Source: a virus (lineage: Duplodnaviria; Caudoviricetes). From it: a stretch of DNA of 64,000 bases. The notes under the pieces were generated by a model, which saw only the letters and a list, made by a program, of their open reading frames with translations, searched no databases and had not been told where the DNA came from. Location of the stretch: IMG/VR virus record IMGVR_UViG_3300019373_000007, positions 1 to 64,000 of that record. One strand, 5' to 3'. Made by a program: the position numbers and the translations under genes. Positions 31,223-42,557 of this stretch are shown piece by piece; the first letter of the stretch is position 1, and the number at the start of each line of letters is the position of its first letter.

Positions 31223-33602
31223 AGTTAATCCATCAAATAGACGTTACTATTCTGTGGACTTTATGACGGGATTTGAATGTGGAACAAAAGCGCAACTTGA
31301 AGCTAACAAGAACGTGATTGACCAGATCAAAAAGGCTAGAAATGAAGTTGCCAATTATTCAGATTTTCACAGAGAGCATCTCTACAAGACAAATCCTAAT
31401 TATGATGTGGAGCAAGGGCAGTATTCAGCGTACAAGAAGTGTTTGCAGATTATTGACGATTTGATTGCACAAGTGGGGGAGTAAACATGGCAGGGTACAC
31501 CGATAGAAAACGGTACATGAAAGATAAATACAATTGTGATCTGATGATGATTGAAGGTGTTGAGCTCGTTCCGCTGTATCAGATAATAGATAGACTAGAG
31601 AAATCAGTTTCACTAGACTCAATTAAACAAGCTAGAGAGGAAGTAGCCAAAGGATGGTACACTCGCCCCGCAAACAGATATGAAGAGGGCAAGAAAAATA
31701 GGTCATTGGAATGTATGCACATTCTTGATTGGATCATTGCAGAGCTGGAGGGATAACATGGTAGAGTATAGAGATAAATCTGACGTAGACAGATCATTGC
31801 AGCTAGGATGGGGAGACTCTAACAGTCTTGTAATTGCAAATCATAGCATATCACCCATCGCGCCTGATGTTCTAGTTCCGCTAAGCAGAATCAAGTCCTT
31901 GCGTGAAGATGCTGTAAAATACAGAGACGATGAGTCGAATGATTTTATCGATGTCGAGGTGGGCGCAATAAATGGAGTTATTGCTATGATTGACAATCTA
32001 ATTGCAGAGGTAGAAGAGGTCTATGACAAGCAGAGCAAAGAAGAGAAAATGTAAGAATACTGCATACGATAGAGGCGGCGAGAAGGGAAGGATCCACTAT
32101 CTCAAAGGATACGCAATGTATCACAAGAAGGACAGAGTAGCAATGAGAAAAGAAGCTAAGATTGCAGAGACGGAGGGGTAACATGGCGGAATATATAGAT
32201 AGAACGCAAATACCTTATGCAAAAATAACTTGTTTTGATAAGGGTTCATTAACTACAAGGGAGATGGTTGAAAGTGTGTCTATCGCAGATGTAATCGAAC
32301 GTGCGGAGGTACTAGACCAAATCAAGGAGATCAGGGAGAGCATGGAGGGATTTAGTAATAGCTTTAAAAGCATAGACAACTATTAGTTAGTGAGGGTTGT
32401 TGGTTACTGTATATCGCTTATAGACAAGCTGATTGTAGAAGTGCAGGGACAGGATGAAAGTAGAAATTGAAATAACGGAGCATGAATGGAATTATCTCAA
32501 TAAGCTTGTCGAGAATGGTGACATATTAGGACATTATAAGAGGCTGATACTCAACGGAACACCAATGAGTAATAAAGGCCCGTGCATTCATGGTGATCTA
32601 TGCAGAGAGTATTGGAACAAATTTCATGTAATATACTCAACCCAATGCCCTAAATGCGATAGATATGAACCTAAGTTACAGAAAGTGAGGGGACACGATG
32701 AAAGTGTTGATTGAGATACCAGAAGACCACAAGAGAGTAATAGATAATCTTGTAAATGACGGCAAGGGATATTTGTTACCACAAGAAGTAGAAACAAGAT
32801 TAGCAAAAGCAGTGAAAATCGGCACTGTTATCCCTGACAATGCTACTGATGGGGATGTGGTTGAAAAACTTTTCGGCAAAGATGTTTATTGTACTTTAAT
32901 CCGTATGATGTATTCATCTTGTTGTGAGAAACTAAAGAAATGGTAGAACGCACCATATAGAAGAGAGGGAGAGTAGATGAATTTTATCTCAATACACAAC
33001 GTAGCCGACAATGATTGGGTCTTGATAAATATTGACCAAATAGCAGTGATTTGCGAAAGAACGATTTCTATTAAGATGAGCGATGGTTCAGTAATTCGTA
33101 CGGATCCTTATAGCCTAAAGAAGATATCGGAACGAATTCGCGTAGGACTCATCTATGAGGATTAGGGAGGAACAATGACACTGATTGAATACATCGACTA
33201 CCAGAAGGCAATTCTAGATGAGGAATTAACAAAAGTTACAGAGCAAGACGTTATCATCATGATCAACGCTCAGCTTTACTTACTAGAGAAGATCAAGGAA
33301 GCCGTTGAGTCTGATGTAATTGAAACAATAGATTAGACGTTAGGAAGGAAGGGACAATGGTCAATGAGAATTTCCTTACGCTACGTGTAGGGTCAAAAGT
33401 ATTCGTGTATGGAGCCGGTGCATTAGAGGAACACACAATTACAGCGTTCCATATAGCGAATTCTAACGGAGAGTTGAAATGCTACGTAGAATCAGAAGTA
33501 GGTCCGAAGAAGTGGTCTAGATCGTGCTCCCTCGATACATTCATTCACGGAATAGAGGTTGCACAAGATATGAGGATATCTGATATCAGGAGGTAAGGTA
33601 TC

Positions 33603-33824
33603 ATGATGAAAGCAATTTGTCCAGAATGTAATAACAGGTCAGGGAATTGGATCTATAAGAATACAGAGCGACGCTACTCTGGAGACGGTTACGATTTCAC
33701 CGTCAACGTCAATTTGCCTTACTGTGAGAAGTGCGGTAGCTTAGTATATGATAGCGAGGTAGAAGATAAAATTCGCGAGGATGTGCATGCTATGATCGAG
33801 GAGAAGAAGGGAGAAGAGCATTAG
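33603..33824 (+). CDS. Stand-alone YgiT/MqsA-type zinc finger protein
   Basis: CPEC...PYCEKCGSLVYD; similar to 7969-8193. Confidence 0.55.
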   Translation: MMKAICPECNNRSGNWIYKNTERRYSGDGYDFTVNVNLPYCEKCGSLVYDSEVEDKIREDVHAMIEEKKGEEH

Positions 33825-34378
33825 ATGGGAGCAAGATTACGTCATTTCAAAACAATATGCAAACACAAAGCGATTGTATTTCGTGAATGCAGAGCATGCG
33901 GAATCGCATGGCAGGGATTGATTCACGACTTGTCTAAATTCAGTATAACTGAATTTTCTGCAAGTGCTAAGTATTTTCAAGGAAACAGAAGCCCTATTGA
34001 AGCAGAGAAGGAAGATACGGATACTCTGTCGCATGGCTGCATCATAAGGGACACAACAAGCATCATTGGGAGTGGTGGACTGACTTCGATGATAACGGAA
34101 ACGTAGTAGCATATAAGATACCGTCACAGTATGTTATTGAGATGGTCTGCGATTGGATAGGCGCAGGGATGGCTTACAGCCCAGATAAGTGGACACAGGA
34201 AGAGCCTCTGAATTACTACAACAAGGTACGCAAGGGCAGACATTTTCATCCAGAAACAGAAAAGCTGCTTGTATTCCTACTTGAGACAATCGCTGCAAAG
34301 GGATTAGATGAGTTTCATCGCATCTGTAGGCAAGGGTATCCAACCATAACTGACTATGACGGATTGTATATTCCGTAA
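33825..34378 (+). CDS. DUF5662-like HD-type protein with frameshift near 34015
   Basis: HK..HDLSK then, in shifted frame, AWLHHKGHNKHHWEWW..EMVCDW. Confidence 0.7.
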
Positions 34379-34400
34379 GGACTGAAGGAGGTAGATAGAT

Positions 34401-35033
34401 ATGTCTAATGAAGACAAGCTAGCGTATGAGCGAGAGCAATTCAAAGATCACATCGCAACGTTTACAGATTACGGCAAGGTGAAGGTGCTTGATTTCAAGA
34501 ATCCAGCTACATCTAACTACGCAATTCGTTTCCTGTTTCAAGAAGACTGCTATACTTTGTGCATATCAGGAGACCTAGGGCATCTTGTTGCACATAACTA
34601 TAATAATATGTGTTACGCCAAATTCAATGATTTCACAGAGAACATAGGGTACTTTGCGAGCAAGGTTGTATGTCATGATCGCCCGTTTTACGAGTACAGC
34701 CCTTATAAGGCTCGAAGAGATCTTGTTGTGTATCTAGCTGAATATGATCTGAAATCCGAATATAGCTGGATGACAGATTCAGAGTTCCGGGAAGATATAA
34801 TAGAGACTGTCCTTGACGACCTGAATACAGATACTGGATTCGGGTCAAAAGCATATGAAATCCTCAGTGGAATTGATCCAGATGCGTGGATGTACATTTC
34901 CGATTTTGGGAAGGAGCCTACAACTATTCTAGAAACATACATGCTTGCATTCAAGCTAGCACAGGAGCAGCTGGCTCAGCATAAGGGACCATGCTCCGAT
35001 GGAGATCTACTTGTCCATACACTAACCAAGTAA
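34401..35033 (+). CDS. Conserved-looking hypothetical phage protein
   Basis: 210-aa ORF with LCISGDLG motif and RBS. Confidence 0.6.
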   Translation: MSNEDKLAYEREQFKDHIATFTDYGKVKVLDFKNPATSNYAIRFLFQEDCYTLCISGDLGHLVAHNYNNMCYAKFNDFTENIGYFASKVVCHDRPFYEYSPYKARRDLVVYLAEYDLKSEYSWMTDSEFREDIIETVLDDLNTDTGFGSKAYEILSGIDPDAWMYISDFGKEPTTILETYMLAFKLAQEQLAQHKGPCSDGDLLVHTLTK

Positions 35034-36739
35034 GCATCTGCGCCATAGATAAAGTGTTCTGAGATATTGCTGAATCAGGTAGTACCTCAGATTCGTTATG
35101 TTGTCCAACCTGGATCCAATTCCAGTACGAAGCCAACACACGAAAGGAGAAACATTATGGCTACAACATTTAACGGAAAAGAGATCTCATTTGATCCACA
35201 TGATTGGAAAGGAATTGCTGAACTGTGCAAGCGTCACAAAGAGTTTCCGATGCCTTGGGCAGGAAAGAACGAAGACGGTGAGAACATTTCAATCAGCGTC
35301 AACAAGGACAACATCACACTTGTGACATATCAGTCTAACAAGTGGATCCGCACAAACGTCTACTACCCGGAGGATTGCTCAACAGAGGAATTATTCAGCC
35401 ACTAATCAGTTTCAGTCAAGCTTAGCGCTGAGCATTGAATTGACTTCGGTGTTCAGCGCCGCTTGCGCACAGGAAGGGACTAGCTCAATGACAGTAAAAG
35501 ATCTTAAAATGATGCTCGAGTGGCTAGACGATGACATGGAAGTGTTCCTTGAAATCACAGACGCAGCTTATAATGTGCATCGTTATGAGATATCAGGATA
35601 CAACTCATATGACGGAGATAGCTTAAAACTAGAGGCTGAGGAACCACAGGACTTACAGGAGGTAGACTAATCATGATAATGAGCGATGAATCAATGCCGA
35701 AGAGCTGTCACTATTGCAGAAAGAAGACTGTGTGCAAGGCTTATGGATCTGCTTTCTCAGCTTGCGCCGAAGATATAGACGTCCTCTTCGCTGCTACAAG
35801 GGACATGCGGCTTCCGAACTGCCCTTTGAAAGAGCTAATTACTTGCAGTGAGTGCTACCGATGGTCAACGACAGACCTATCAGGCCAATCTCACATGTGC
35901 AACAATTGGGGCTGCTATACGGATCCTGAATTCTATTGTAGAGATGCTTTCAAGCGATAGCGTCTGGCCAATTTGACAGAAAGGAAACAAGATATGGATT
36001 TGAATTTAGACCCTTACATGTCTGTAAAAGAAGCATTTGACCTAGTTGAGAGACAAGTTAAGAATAAGAAGGAAGCAGTAGATCAAGCAGAAGTAGAACT
36101 GGATCTGCTCAAGCAGCGTGCTTATATGACATACAAGCAGAAGTGTGACTACATCCTTTTCTACATACTCGATTTCAACGGAGCGCAGAGGTGGCTTAAC
36201 ATGATCATGCAGGGATGTGATACTGAAGGGCGAAAGCTTGACAGAAGAAGGAAGTACCCAGAAGAATCATCATTTCAAATGGTTCAATCTAAGCTTCGTC
36301 AGCTACTCAATCAGCCTACCTTAGAGGTAGTTTGCCTAGTAGCACATAACTTCACAACCGGCGGTTGGTCTATCAATTTCACACTTGATGATCACAAGTA
36401 TTCAATTCACATCCCTTTGCCGAATAAGATAACGTACGAAACCTATAAGGAACGAGGCAGAAGCGCGTTTGAATTGACAATCTTCAATGCGGATACATCA
36501 AACGTCCGCACATGGGCAGGCAGCACACTATTCGTAGACGAGCTGCCACAGGTGATGGAACAAGCTATCAGCCGTGCATCCGAAACACAAGAATAAGAGA
36601 ACTAGTCAGCAAGCAGCTAAATACAGCTGCTTGTTTTAATTTGATTCTTATTCTTCACTAGAATCGTTATGTGAGTAGCAACAATAAATCTACAATCAAA
36701 TAAGCTAGACATCAACGCAAATCAAGGAGGAATGAACTC

Positions 36740-37666
36740 ATGGCAGCTAACGTAGAAACATTATTTGTAACAAGAAAACCTGCATGGCACGGACAGGGAA
36801 TCGTCTTAGACGCTCCGCCTACTGCCGAAGACGCTATTGTAGCAGCAGGACTTGATTGGAAAGTAGAAGGTAGACCTATCTTCGATGGATCAGGGAATCA
36901 GATTACAGGATTCCAGGCTAACACACGAGACAAGGATGATAAAATCTTAGGAGTTGTATCTGATAGATATCAGATCATTCAGAACGAAGAAGCATTCGCA
37001 TTCGTAGACGGCCTTGTAGAAGAAGGATTGACATTTGAAACAGCAGGGTCGCTTAGAGGCGGAAAGCAGATTTGGGTGCTAGGCAATATGCCGGAACGGC
37101 TCGTACTCGGTGAGCAGTTTGCTCCGTACATCTGTTTCACAAATACACATGACGGTACAGGAGCTGTTCGAGTTTGCTTAACTCCTACCCGAGTTGTCTG
37201 TCAGAATACATTGAACTTAGCTCTTTCACATGCATCTAGATCATGGTCAACTAGACACATGGGAAGTATCGCATCTAGAATGACAGAAGCACAAGCAGCA
37301 TTAGGCATGATTGATTCATACTACGAATCATTGAATGAAGAAGCAGAGCTACTAGCTTCTATCAAAGTAACTGACAAGCAGATTGAGGACATGCTTGATA
37401 TGATGTATCAAGTCAAAGACGATGACTCCGAAGGCCGGAAAAGACGAATCGCACTCCTGAAGGAAAACTTCTTCATGTGCATGAATGCACCTGACCTAGC
37501 TAACTTCAAGGGTACAGCTTACGCAGTAGTAAATGCAGCTGCTGACTTTGCAGATCACGCAGAACCGTTACGGAGAACAGCTAACTTCGATGAAAACAGA
37601 TGGGGTCAGATTATTGTCGGACATCCATTTGTAGATCAGATTCACAAGCGAGTGTTAGCTGCATAA
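36740..37666 (+). CDS. DUF932-family phage/plasmid protein
   Basis: PAWHG.G, AGLDW, Y..IQN.EAF, ETAGSL.GG, HDGTG, RVVCQNTL. Confidence 0.88.
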   Translation: MAANVETLFVTRKPAWHGQGIVLDAPPTAEDAIVAAGLDWKVEGRPIFDGSGNQITGFQANTRDKDDKILGVVSDRYQIIQNEEAFAFVDGLVEEGLTFETAGSLRGGKQIWVLGNMPERLVLGEQFAPYICFTNTHDGTGAVRVCLTPTRVVCQNTLNLALSHASRSWSTRHMGSIASRMTEAQAALGMIDSYYESLNEEAELLASIKVTDKQIEDMLDMMYQVKDDDSEGRKRRIALLKENFFMCMNAPDLANFKGTAYAVVNAAADFADHAEPLRRTANFDENRWGQIIVGHPFVDQIHKRVLAA

Positions 37667-37677
37667 GGAGGAACGTC

Positions 37678-38661
37678 ATGGTATCAAAAATCGGAAAAGT
37701 AATCGAGCGAATGCTCAATCATCATGAATGGTCAATGGAGGATATTTCAACTAAATGCGGAATAGCATCTGATCGACTTATACAATTATGCACAAGTGAG
37801 TGCGAGATGACTGAAGATGAGATTCAAGCTATTGCTAGCGGATTGCATCTTTCTAGAGGAGAAATTCTAGGCCGGAAGGTAGCTGGATTGAAAAGTACAC
37901 TCCCAGAGATCATCTCAGATTCATACACAGATCTTTCACTTGAAGACAAGAAGCGAGTTACAGTATCCTTGTGGCGCTACTTAGAAACAAAAGGACAGCC
38001 ACGCGAGCTTGAGGTTGCTGCTGATTTATATAGCGGACAGTCTGTTGGATGGAGAACAGGGAAAACCGCAATGAACATCAATTCAATAGCAGCTATTCAG
38101 TATTCATTTGAGGGCCTTGGAGTAACTAATCAGATGTTCCTGAATGAACTTGAAAAGACGATTACTAGCTGCTACGCTATGAATAAGATAGCGAAGTGGA
38201 AAGAAGAAGCAGGAGTATCCAACAGCCAGCTTGCTCAGATCTGTAACATCAATCAAGTAACACTTAGCCAATTATTCGGTCTAAGAGGTTTACATGTGTC
38301 AAAGAAGTACGCGACAAAGCTTTCGCTAGGTACAGGAATTGATTTGAGTGAGCTTGAATTGTGGCCAGGCCAGTTTGAAAGCGACGCTGCACTGAAGGAA
38401 CCGGCAGACAATACTGAGCCGGAAGCTTGTCCTGTAAGCGAGACTCAGCTACCTGAAGTAGACGATGACGGAGCCGAAGAACTCAAAGCAGCCCTTAAGG
38501 AGCCAGATCCATCTGTAGACTGTTCATCACTTGTATCACATATGATCCGTTCCGGTGAAGAAAAGCGAGCAAAGATGCTCAAGATGATTCCAAAACTGTC
38601 ACCTGCGCACATCGTAGAGTTATACACCAAAGTAGAAGAATATTTCTGGGAGGATATCTGA
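37678..38661 (+). CDS. XRE-type HTH regulator with two HTH domains
   Basis: WSMEDISTKCGI and VSNSQLAQICNINQVTLS patterns. Confidence 0.6.
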   Translation: MVSKIGKVIERMLNHHEWSMEDISTKCGIASDRLIQLCTSECEMTEDEIQAIASGLHLSRGEILGRKVAGLKSTLPEIISDSYTDLSLEDKKRVTVSLWRYLETKGQPRELEVAADLYSGQSVGWRTGKTAMNINSIAAIQYSFEGLGVTNQMFLNELEKTITSCYAMNKIAKWKEEAGVSNSQLAQICNINQVTLSQLFGLRGLHVSKKYATKLSLGTGIDLSELELWPGQFESDAALKEPADNTEPEACPVSETQLPEVDDDGAEELKAALKEPDPSVDCSSLVSHMIRSGEEKRAKMLKMIPKLSPAHIVELYTKVEEYFWEDI

Positions 38662-38662
38662 T

Positions 38663-39337
38663 ATGATCAATACCGTATTAGTTACCGGATCATGCTCAGG
38701 AATGGGCAAGGCAATTACATTAGAATTTCTTAACCATGGTCATCTTGTAGTCGGAATTGACCGGCTAGGATGTCCTAAGGACCTAGAGGAATACACTAAC
38801 TACAATCACTTTGTAGCAGATGTAGCGGATCCATCGTCGCTCCCGTCCATCGAGCGAGTTGAGATCTTGATCAACAATGCAGGAGTCCAAGGAACAGATA
38901 GCGACATCGATGTCAACCTTCGAGGTGTAATGAATTGCACTGAGAAGTATGCATTGAACAATCCATACATCACTGCTGTCCTCAATCAAGCATCAGCAGC
39001 TGCACATCTAGGAAACGACTTCCCACAGTATGTTGCATCTAAGGGCGGAGTAATTGCATACACCAAATGGACAGCAAAGGAGATAGCCAAGTACGGAGCT
39101 ACATGCAACAGCATTTCACTTGGGGGTGTAGTTACTCTTTCTAATGGGCCAGTAATCTACAGCGAAGAGCTGTGGCAGCAGGTCATGGACCTTACACCGT
39201 TGCATAAGTGGTGCTCTGAAGACGAAGTAGCCAAGTGGGTCTATTTCCTTACAACAGTAAACAAAAGTGCATCTGGCCAGGATTTCGTCATTGACAACCT
39301 AGAGAGCCTGAATGGCAGATTCGTGTGGAATGACTAA
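38663..39337 (+). CDS. Short-chain dehydrogenase/reductase
   Basis: TGSCSGMG, NNAG, YVASK. Confidence 0.92.
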   Translation: MINTVLVTGSCSGMGKAITLEFLNHGHLVVGIDRLGCPKDLEEYTNYNHFVADVADPSSLPSIERVEILINNAGVQGTDSDIDVNLRGVMNCTEKYALNNPYITAVLNQASAAAHLGNDFPQYVASKGGVIAYTKWTAKEIAKYGATCNSISLGGVVTLSNGPVIYSEELWQQVMDLTPLHKWCSEDEVAKWVYFLTTVNKSASGQDFVIDNLESLNGRFVWND

Positions 39338-39375
39338 CCTTCTTTATCATAGAACAATCCATTAGGAGGCTTACT

Positions 39376-40494
39376 ATGAAGAGGATATCATCTGCGGATC
39401 TTATACAATACAATGCGAATAACAGGGGAACTCACACAGGAGATTGTGTTCGACGTTCCCTTTCTTTAGCTCTAGGAATGAGCTATCATGACCTAGCTAC
39501 TCAACTAGACGCCTTCACCAAAGAGAACTTTCTCGGATGGAAATATAACAACAGACGTGTCTACATGAAATGGCTCCAAGACAACTTCGGTCTTACTCGA
39601 GAGCCCGTCCCTGAAGAATATAAGACACTGAGTGACTTCGTTGACGCTAAGTGCACGAAAGGCACATGGCTAGTAGAAACAGGGAATCCTAAGAAGACCG
39701 GAGTGGATCACATTGTCTGTGTCAAGGACGGAAATGTATTTGATAGCTGGAACTCACTCGATGAATCTCCTAAATATTTCATCGCTGTTCCTGACAATCT
39801 ATCTAAGCCAGTGAATACTGAAGTATCCTTAGGGCAATTTCGAGATCAATACTCTTCGTGGATTGAAGCTCAAATAGACAAGCTCAGCGCCAAATACGGA
39901 TGGGCAGAGGATATGGGATACAAATGGAAGGTCTCATTCAAGACACAGTTCAATGCTCGTATCTCTATCACATTCGAGCTACCTCCGTGTGAATATGTTC
40001 CGCGTGAACGAAAGTATGCATACAACTTCGGGATAACAATCTCGCCTCAGATTGATCCAAACACTCTCGAGAAGAAAGTGCATGAAACACTCAACACTCG
40101 AATCTACGATAGAATGTATTCAGTCAATCAAGCAGAGATGAAGCTTGTAGAAGCAGACACAGTGAGACGTGCATCTGGACAAGAAGAATATACAGACTTC
40201 GCAGAGGACAACTGGATATCCGAATTCGAGAGACGATCCATCAATCAGCTTCCAGGATGGGTTCGACCGCTCATCAAATTTGTTGACTTCCAGGATCCAG
40301 GTAAGTATCATGATAGCTACACTCTACGAATAGCACCGCTTCCAGGAAGTAAGGCTTATGGAGACAAAGAAAACTTCCCTAACGGAATTCGTTTCGAGGC
40401 ATACACAGCTGATCAGCTCAAAGACATGCTGAGGAGATACAAGAGCAAAGACGAAATCCCTGACATAGATTACATCGTAGAAGAGGATTACTAA
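39376..40494 (+). CDS. Protein with putative papain-like Cys-His-Asp domain
   Basis: GDCVRRSL...HIVCV.DG..FDSW; MKRISS start; ACCTT motif upstream. Confidence 0.5.
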   Translation: MKRISSADLIQYNANNRGTHTGDCVRRSLSLALGMSYHDLATQLDAFTKENFLGWKYNNRRVYMKWLQDNFGLTREPVPEEYKTLSDFVDAKCTKGTWLVETGNPKKTGVDHIVCVKDGNVFDSWNSLDESPKYFIAVPDNLSKPVNTEVSLGQFRDQYSSWIEAQIDKLSAKYGWAEDMGYKWKVSFKTQFNARISITFELPPCEYVPRERKYAYNFGITISPQIDPNTLEKKVHETLNTRIYDRMYSVNQAEMKLVEADTVRRASGQEEYTDFAEDNWISEFERRSINQLPGWVRPLIKFVDFQDPGKYHDSYTLRIAPLPGSKAYGDKENFPNGIRFEAYTADQLKDMLRRYKSKDEIPDIDYIVEEDY

Positions 40495-40521
40495 AAGTCA
40501 TTACATATGACTTTCAAATTA

Positions 40522-40596
40522 AGGCGAGATGAAATTTTAGATATGTCCAGGTAGAATTTTACGTCAACATATCTAGAATTTCATCTCGCCTATTTT
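40522..40596. terminator. Long hairpin terminator between convergent genes
   Basis: AGGCGAGATGAAATTTTAGATATG pairs CATATCTAGAATTTCATCTCGCCT. Confidence 0.75.
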
Positions 40597-40625
40597 GCAT
40601 TAGTGAGATTATAGTCGATCAGCTG

Positions 40626-41432
40626 TTATGAAAAGCAATCATGCACTTCTACTCGATAGAGAAGTTCTTGGTGCAACTTCTCTTTCGCTTCCGGCAGGAG
40701 CTTCTTGAGGTGCTCAAACGGAATATCCATCAAGGTCGCAATGTCGAGCAAATCCTTGTCTGAAAGATCAGATTCTCTGATAATCATCTCATGAATCAGC
40801 ATATCTGTCACAGTATCATAGTTGTCAGTAGCTGCTTTCATCTCCCCTAGCTCAACACGACTGTCCTCAATGAAGAGGGCATGTGTTTCTAAATCAGCAA
40901 CATACATGGATCCAAAAATGGCCTGAAGTGCTTGCATATCCTCTGGCGGCAAGTTAACTAGTTTCAAATCATCATAAGTTACCTTAGCCCAGTGCTTACC
41001 GAGCTGGTCTCCTGCTTTCATGCACATTGTGCGTCGCAAGCTATACTTGACCTGATCTAGCTCTCGCTCCATACATTCAGTTATACGTGGTTTGAAAAAT
41101 ACTCCGAAAGAAAGATCGCATCGATACTTCGGAGCGTACTTGAACTTCGTCCACATCTCGCAGAAGTGAAGAAGTGCAGATTGGAACTTATCCTCATAAG
41201 AAACAGAAGGATTGTTAATGAACTTGTGGCTCGCTATGTAGCCAAAAAATGTGTAGTTGAGCTCAACTACTGCGTCGCGTATATCCGTGTAAGTCGCACG
41301 CTCTTCGAGAGTGGTCTGTGGCAGGTAACTATACAATTCGATAGTGCGCTGCTTTCTGTACTCAGCTTCGGTCATCTCGTCTTTGTTCAACTTACTTGGA
41401 TACTTAGCGTCGATCTTTTTCCAGTCGACCAT
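40626..41432 (-). CDS. Phage sigma70-like factor
   Basis: RDAVVELNY....IA, YEDKFQSA, SFGVFFKPRI (region 2-like); C-terminal DIATLMDI HTH. Confidence 0.75.
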   Translation of the reverse strand: MVDWKKIDAKYPSKLNKDEMTEAEYRKQRTIELYSYLPQTTLEERATYTDIRDAVVELNYTFFGYIASHKFINNPSVSYEDKFQSALLHFCEMWTKFKYAPKYRCDLSFGVFFKPRITECMERELDQVKYSLRRTMCMKAGDQLGKHWAKVTYDDLKLVNLPPEDMQALQAIFGSMYVADLETHALFIEDSRVELGEMKAATDNYDTVTDMLIHEMIIRESDLSDKDLLDIATLMDIPFEHLKKLLPEAKEKLHQELLYRVEVHDCFS

Positions 41433-41519
41433 TGCTAGTGATCCCCCTCATTAAAAATAGTTAGTACCGATGATGTGAGAACCCTCTATAGTTATCAAAT
41501 TTTAGCCCTTCTAGGACAT

Positions 41520-41548
41520 ATTATAAGAACATATGCATCAAAAATCAA
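41520..41548 (-). promoter_or_regulatory. sigmaA-type promoter for sigma gene
   Basis: Minus strand TTGATT-17 nt-TATAAT. Confidence 0.65.
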
Positions 41549-41598
41549 CTCCCACCAAAATTCTGCAAATGCACGTCTATGTAGTCCTGCGAAAGTTT

Positions 41599-41896
41599 CA
41601 GTGAAATTTACACTGAAAATAATTTTTGCAAAAATTTATCGTCAAATCACACTGAGATCACATCAACAACTTGATGTCCAATGGCTACATCTAGTCACCC
41701 ATCAGACAAGATCTCGTGGTTCAACACCCTAAAATTTTCAGTGTAAATTACACTGTTTTATGAATTTCAGTGTAAATTACACTGTGGAAATCCGGTTCAA
41801 ACCTCCATGAGTTTATCACTTTAAAGTGAAATTGGACTAAAGTGAACAGTGTAAAACACACTGAAAAATTTTTCAGTTTCAGTGAAATTTACACTG
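41599..41896. repeat. Five CAGTG-N7-CACTG palindromes, candidate origin or operator array
   Basis: Copies at 41599, 41739, 41768, 41847, 41880 in AT-rich intergenic DNA upstream of the replication operon. Confidence 0.75.
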
Positions 41897-42381
41897 AAAT
41901 CCCCCGAAAAGTGCTCGCGTACGCGCGCAGTGAGTATACTCACAGTATACTTGTAGAATACTCGTCGATAGACGCTTCGCGATTATAACATTACCACAAT
42001 TAAGTTTTTAAAGAAATTAAATTAAGCGCGCGCACGCGCAAGCCTCTTCCTCTCCTCTTTTTGAAAATTCGTGAAACTGACTCTGAGAGTGTTCTGCTCT
42101 GATGCTATCGCATGATTGAACACATGCCGAAAATTGATGATGCCGAAAACGGGAGTTGATAGCTTCGCAAGAATTTCTGAAAAGACCCCTAGGGGGAAGT
42201 TTTTGAAAAATCGCTCAAGCATGCTTGTGCTATGCGTACGCATGTGTATGCAGCCGAATTCGCACATGTGTAGGGCATATGTGAAACAATGCGAAAGGCG
42301 TCGATAGCGTATTCAAAACATAGGCATTGATATGTTTTATGGGGTATCATCGTCTAGTTGAAAAATTTCTTAAAACGGGTC

Positions 42382-42410
42382 TTGATTTCTGACCTGAGGT
42401 ATATTATCAT
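42382..42410 (+). promoter_or_regulatory. sigmaA-type promoter
   Basis: TTGATT-17 nt-TATCAT upstream of replication operon. Confidence 0.5.
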
Positions 42411-42557
42411 TGTCTATACACCCTTCTTCAAACACGTCAAATTTTAGCTAAAACTTATCTATCATCAGGCCGAGACGAGCCTGTCAAGACGAAATCGTTA
42501 AGTCCATTGTCCGTTGGGGAAATGTTTCGGACAGACTCTAAAAGGGAGGAACTAGAG

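Larger units (their letters stand above)
25779..36596 (+). other. Block of more than 30 short, closely coupled accessory ORFs
   Basis: Contiguous + strand ORFs with RBSs; recurring modules [36 protein letters not shown]. Confidence 0.8.

Noticed and set aside
32183-32460. Amber recoding suggested by an internal TAG at 32384 and CTA triplets in tRNA-like loops
   Set aside because: TAG ends many clearly bounded genes (1964, 2361, 17490, 19604, 46621); the single case may be a local error and the loops are not canonical anticodon loops.
41599-41896. CRISPR array
   Set aside because: Repeats are 17 bp with irregular spacing and variable centres; no cas genes in the window.
41475-42307. Short ORFs 41475-41732, 42022-42267 and 42116-42307
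   Set aside because: No RBS, atypical composition, and they overlap the repeat-rich regulatory region.
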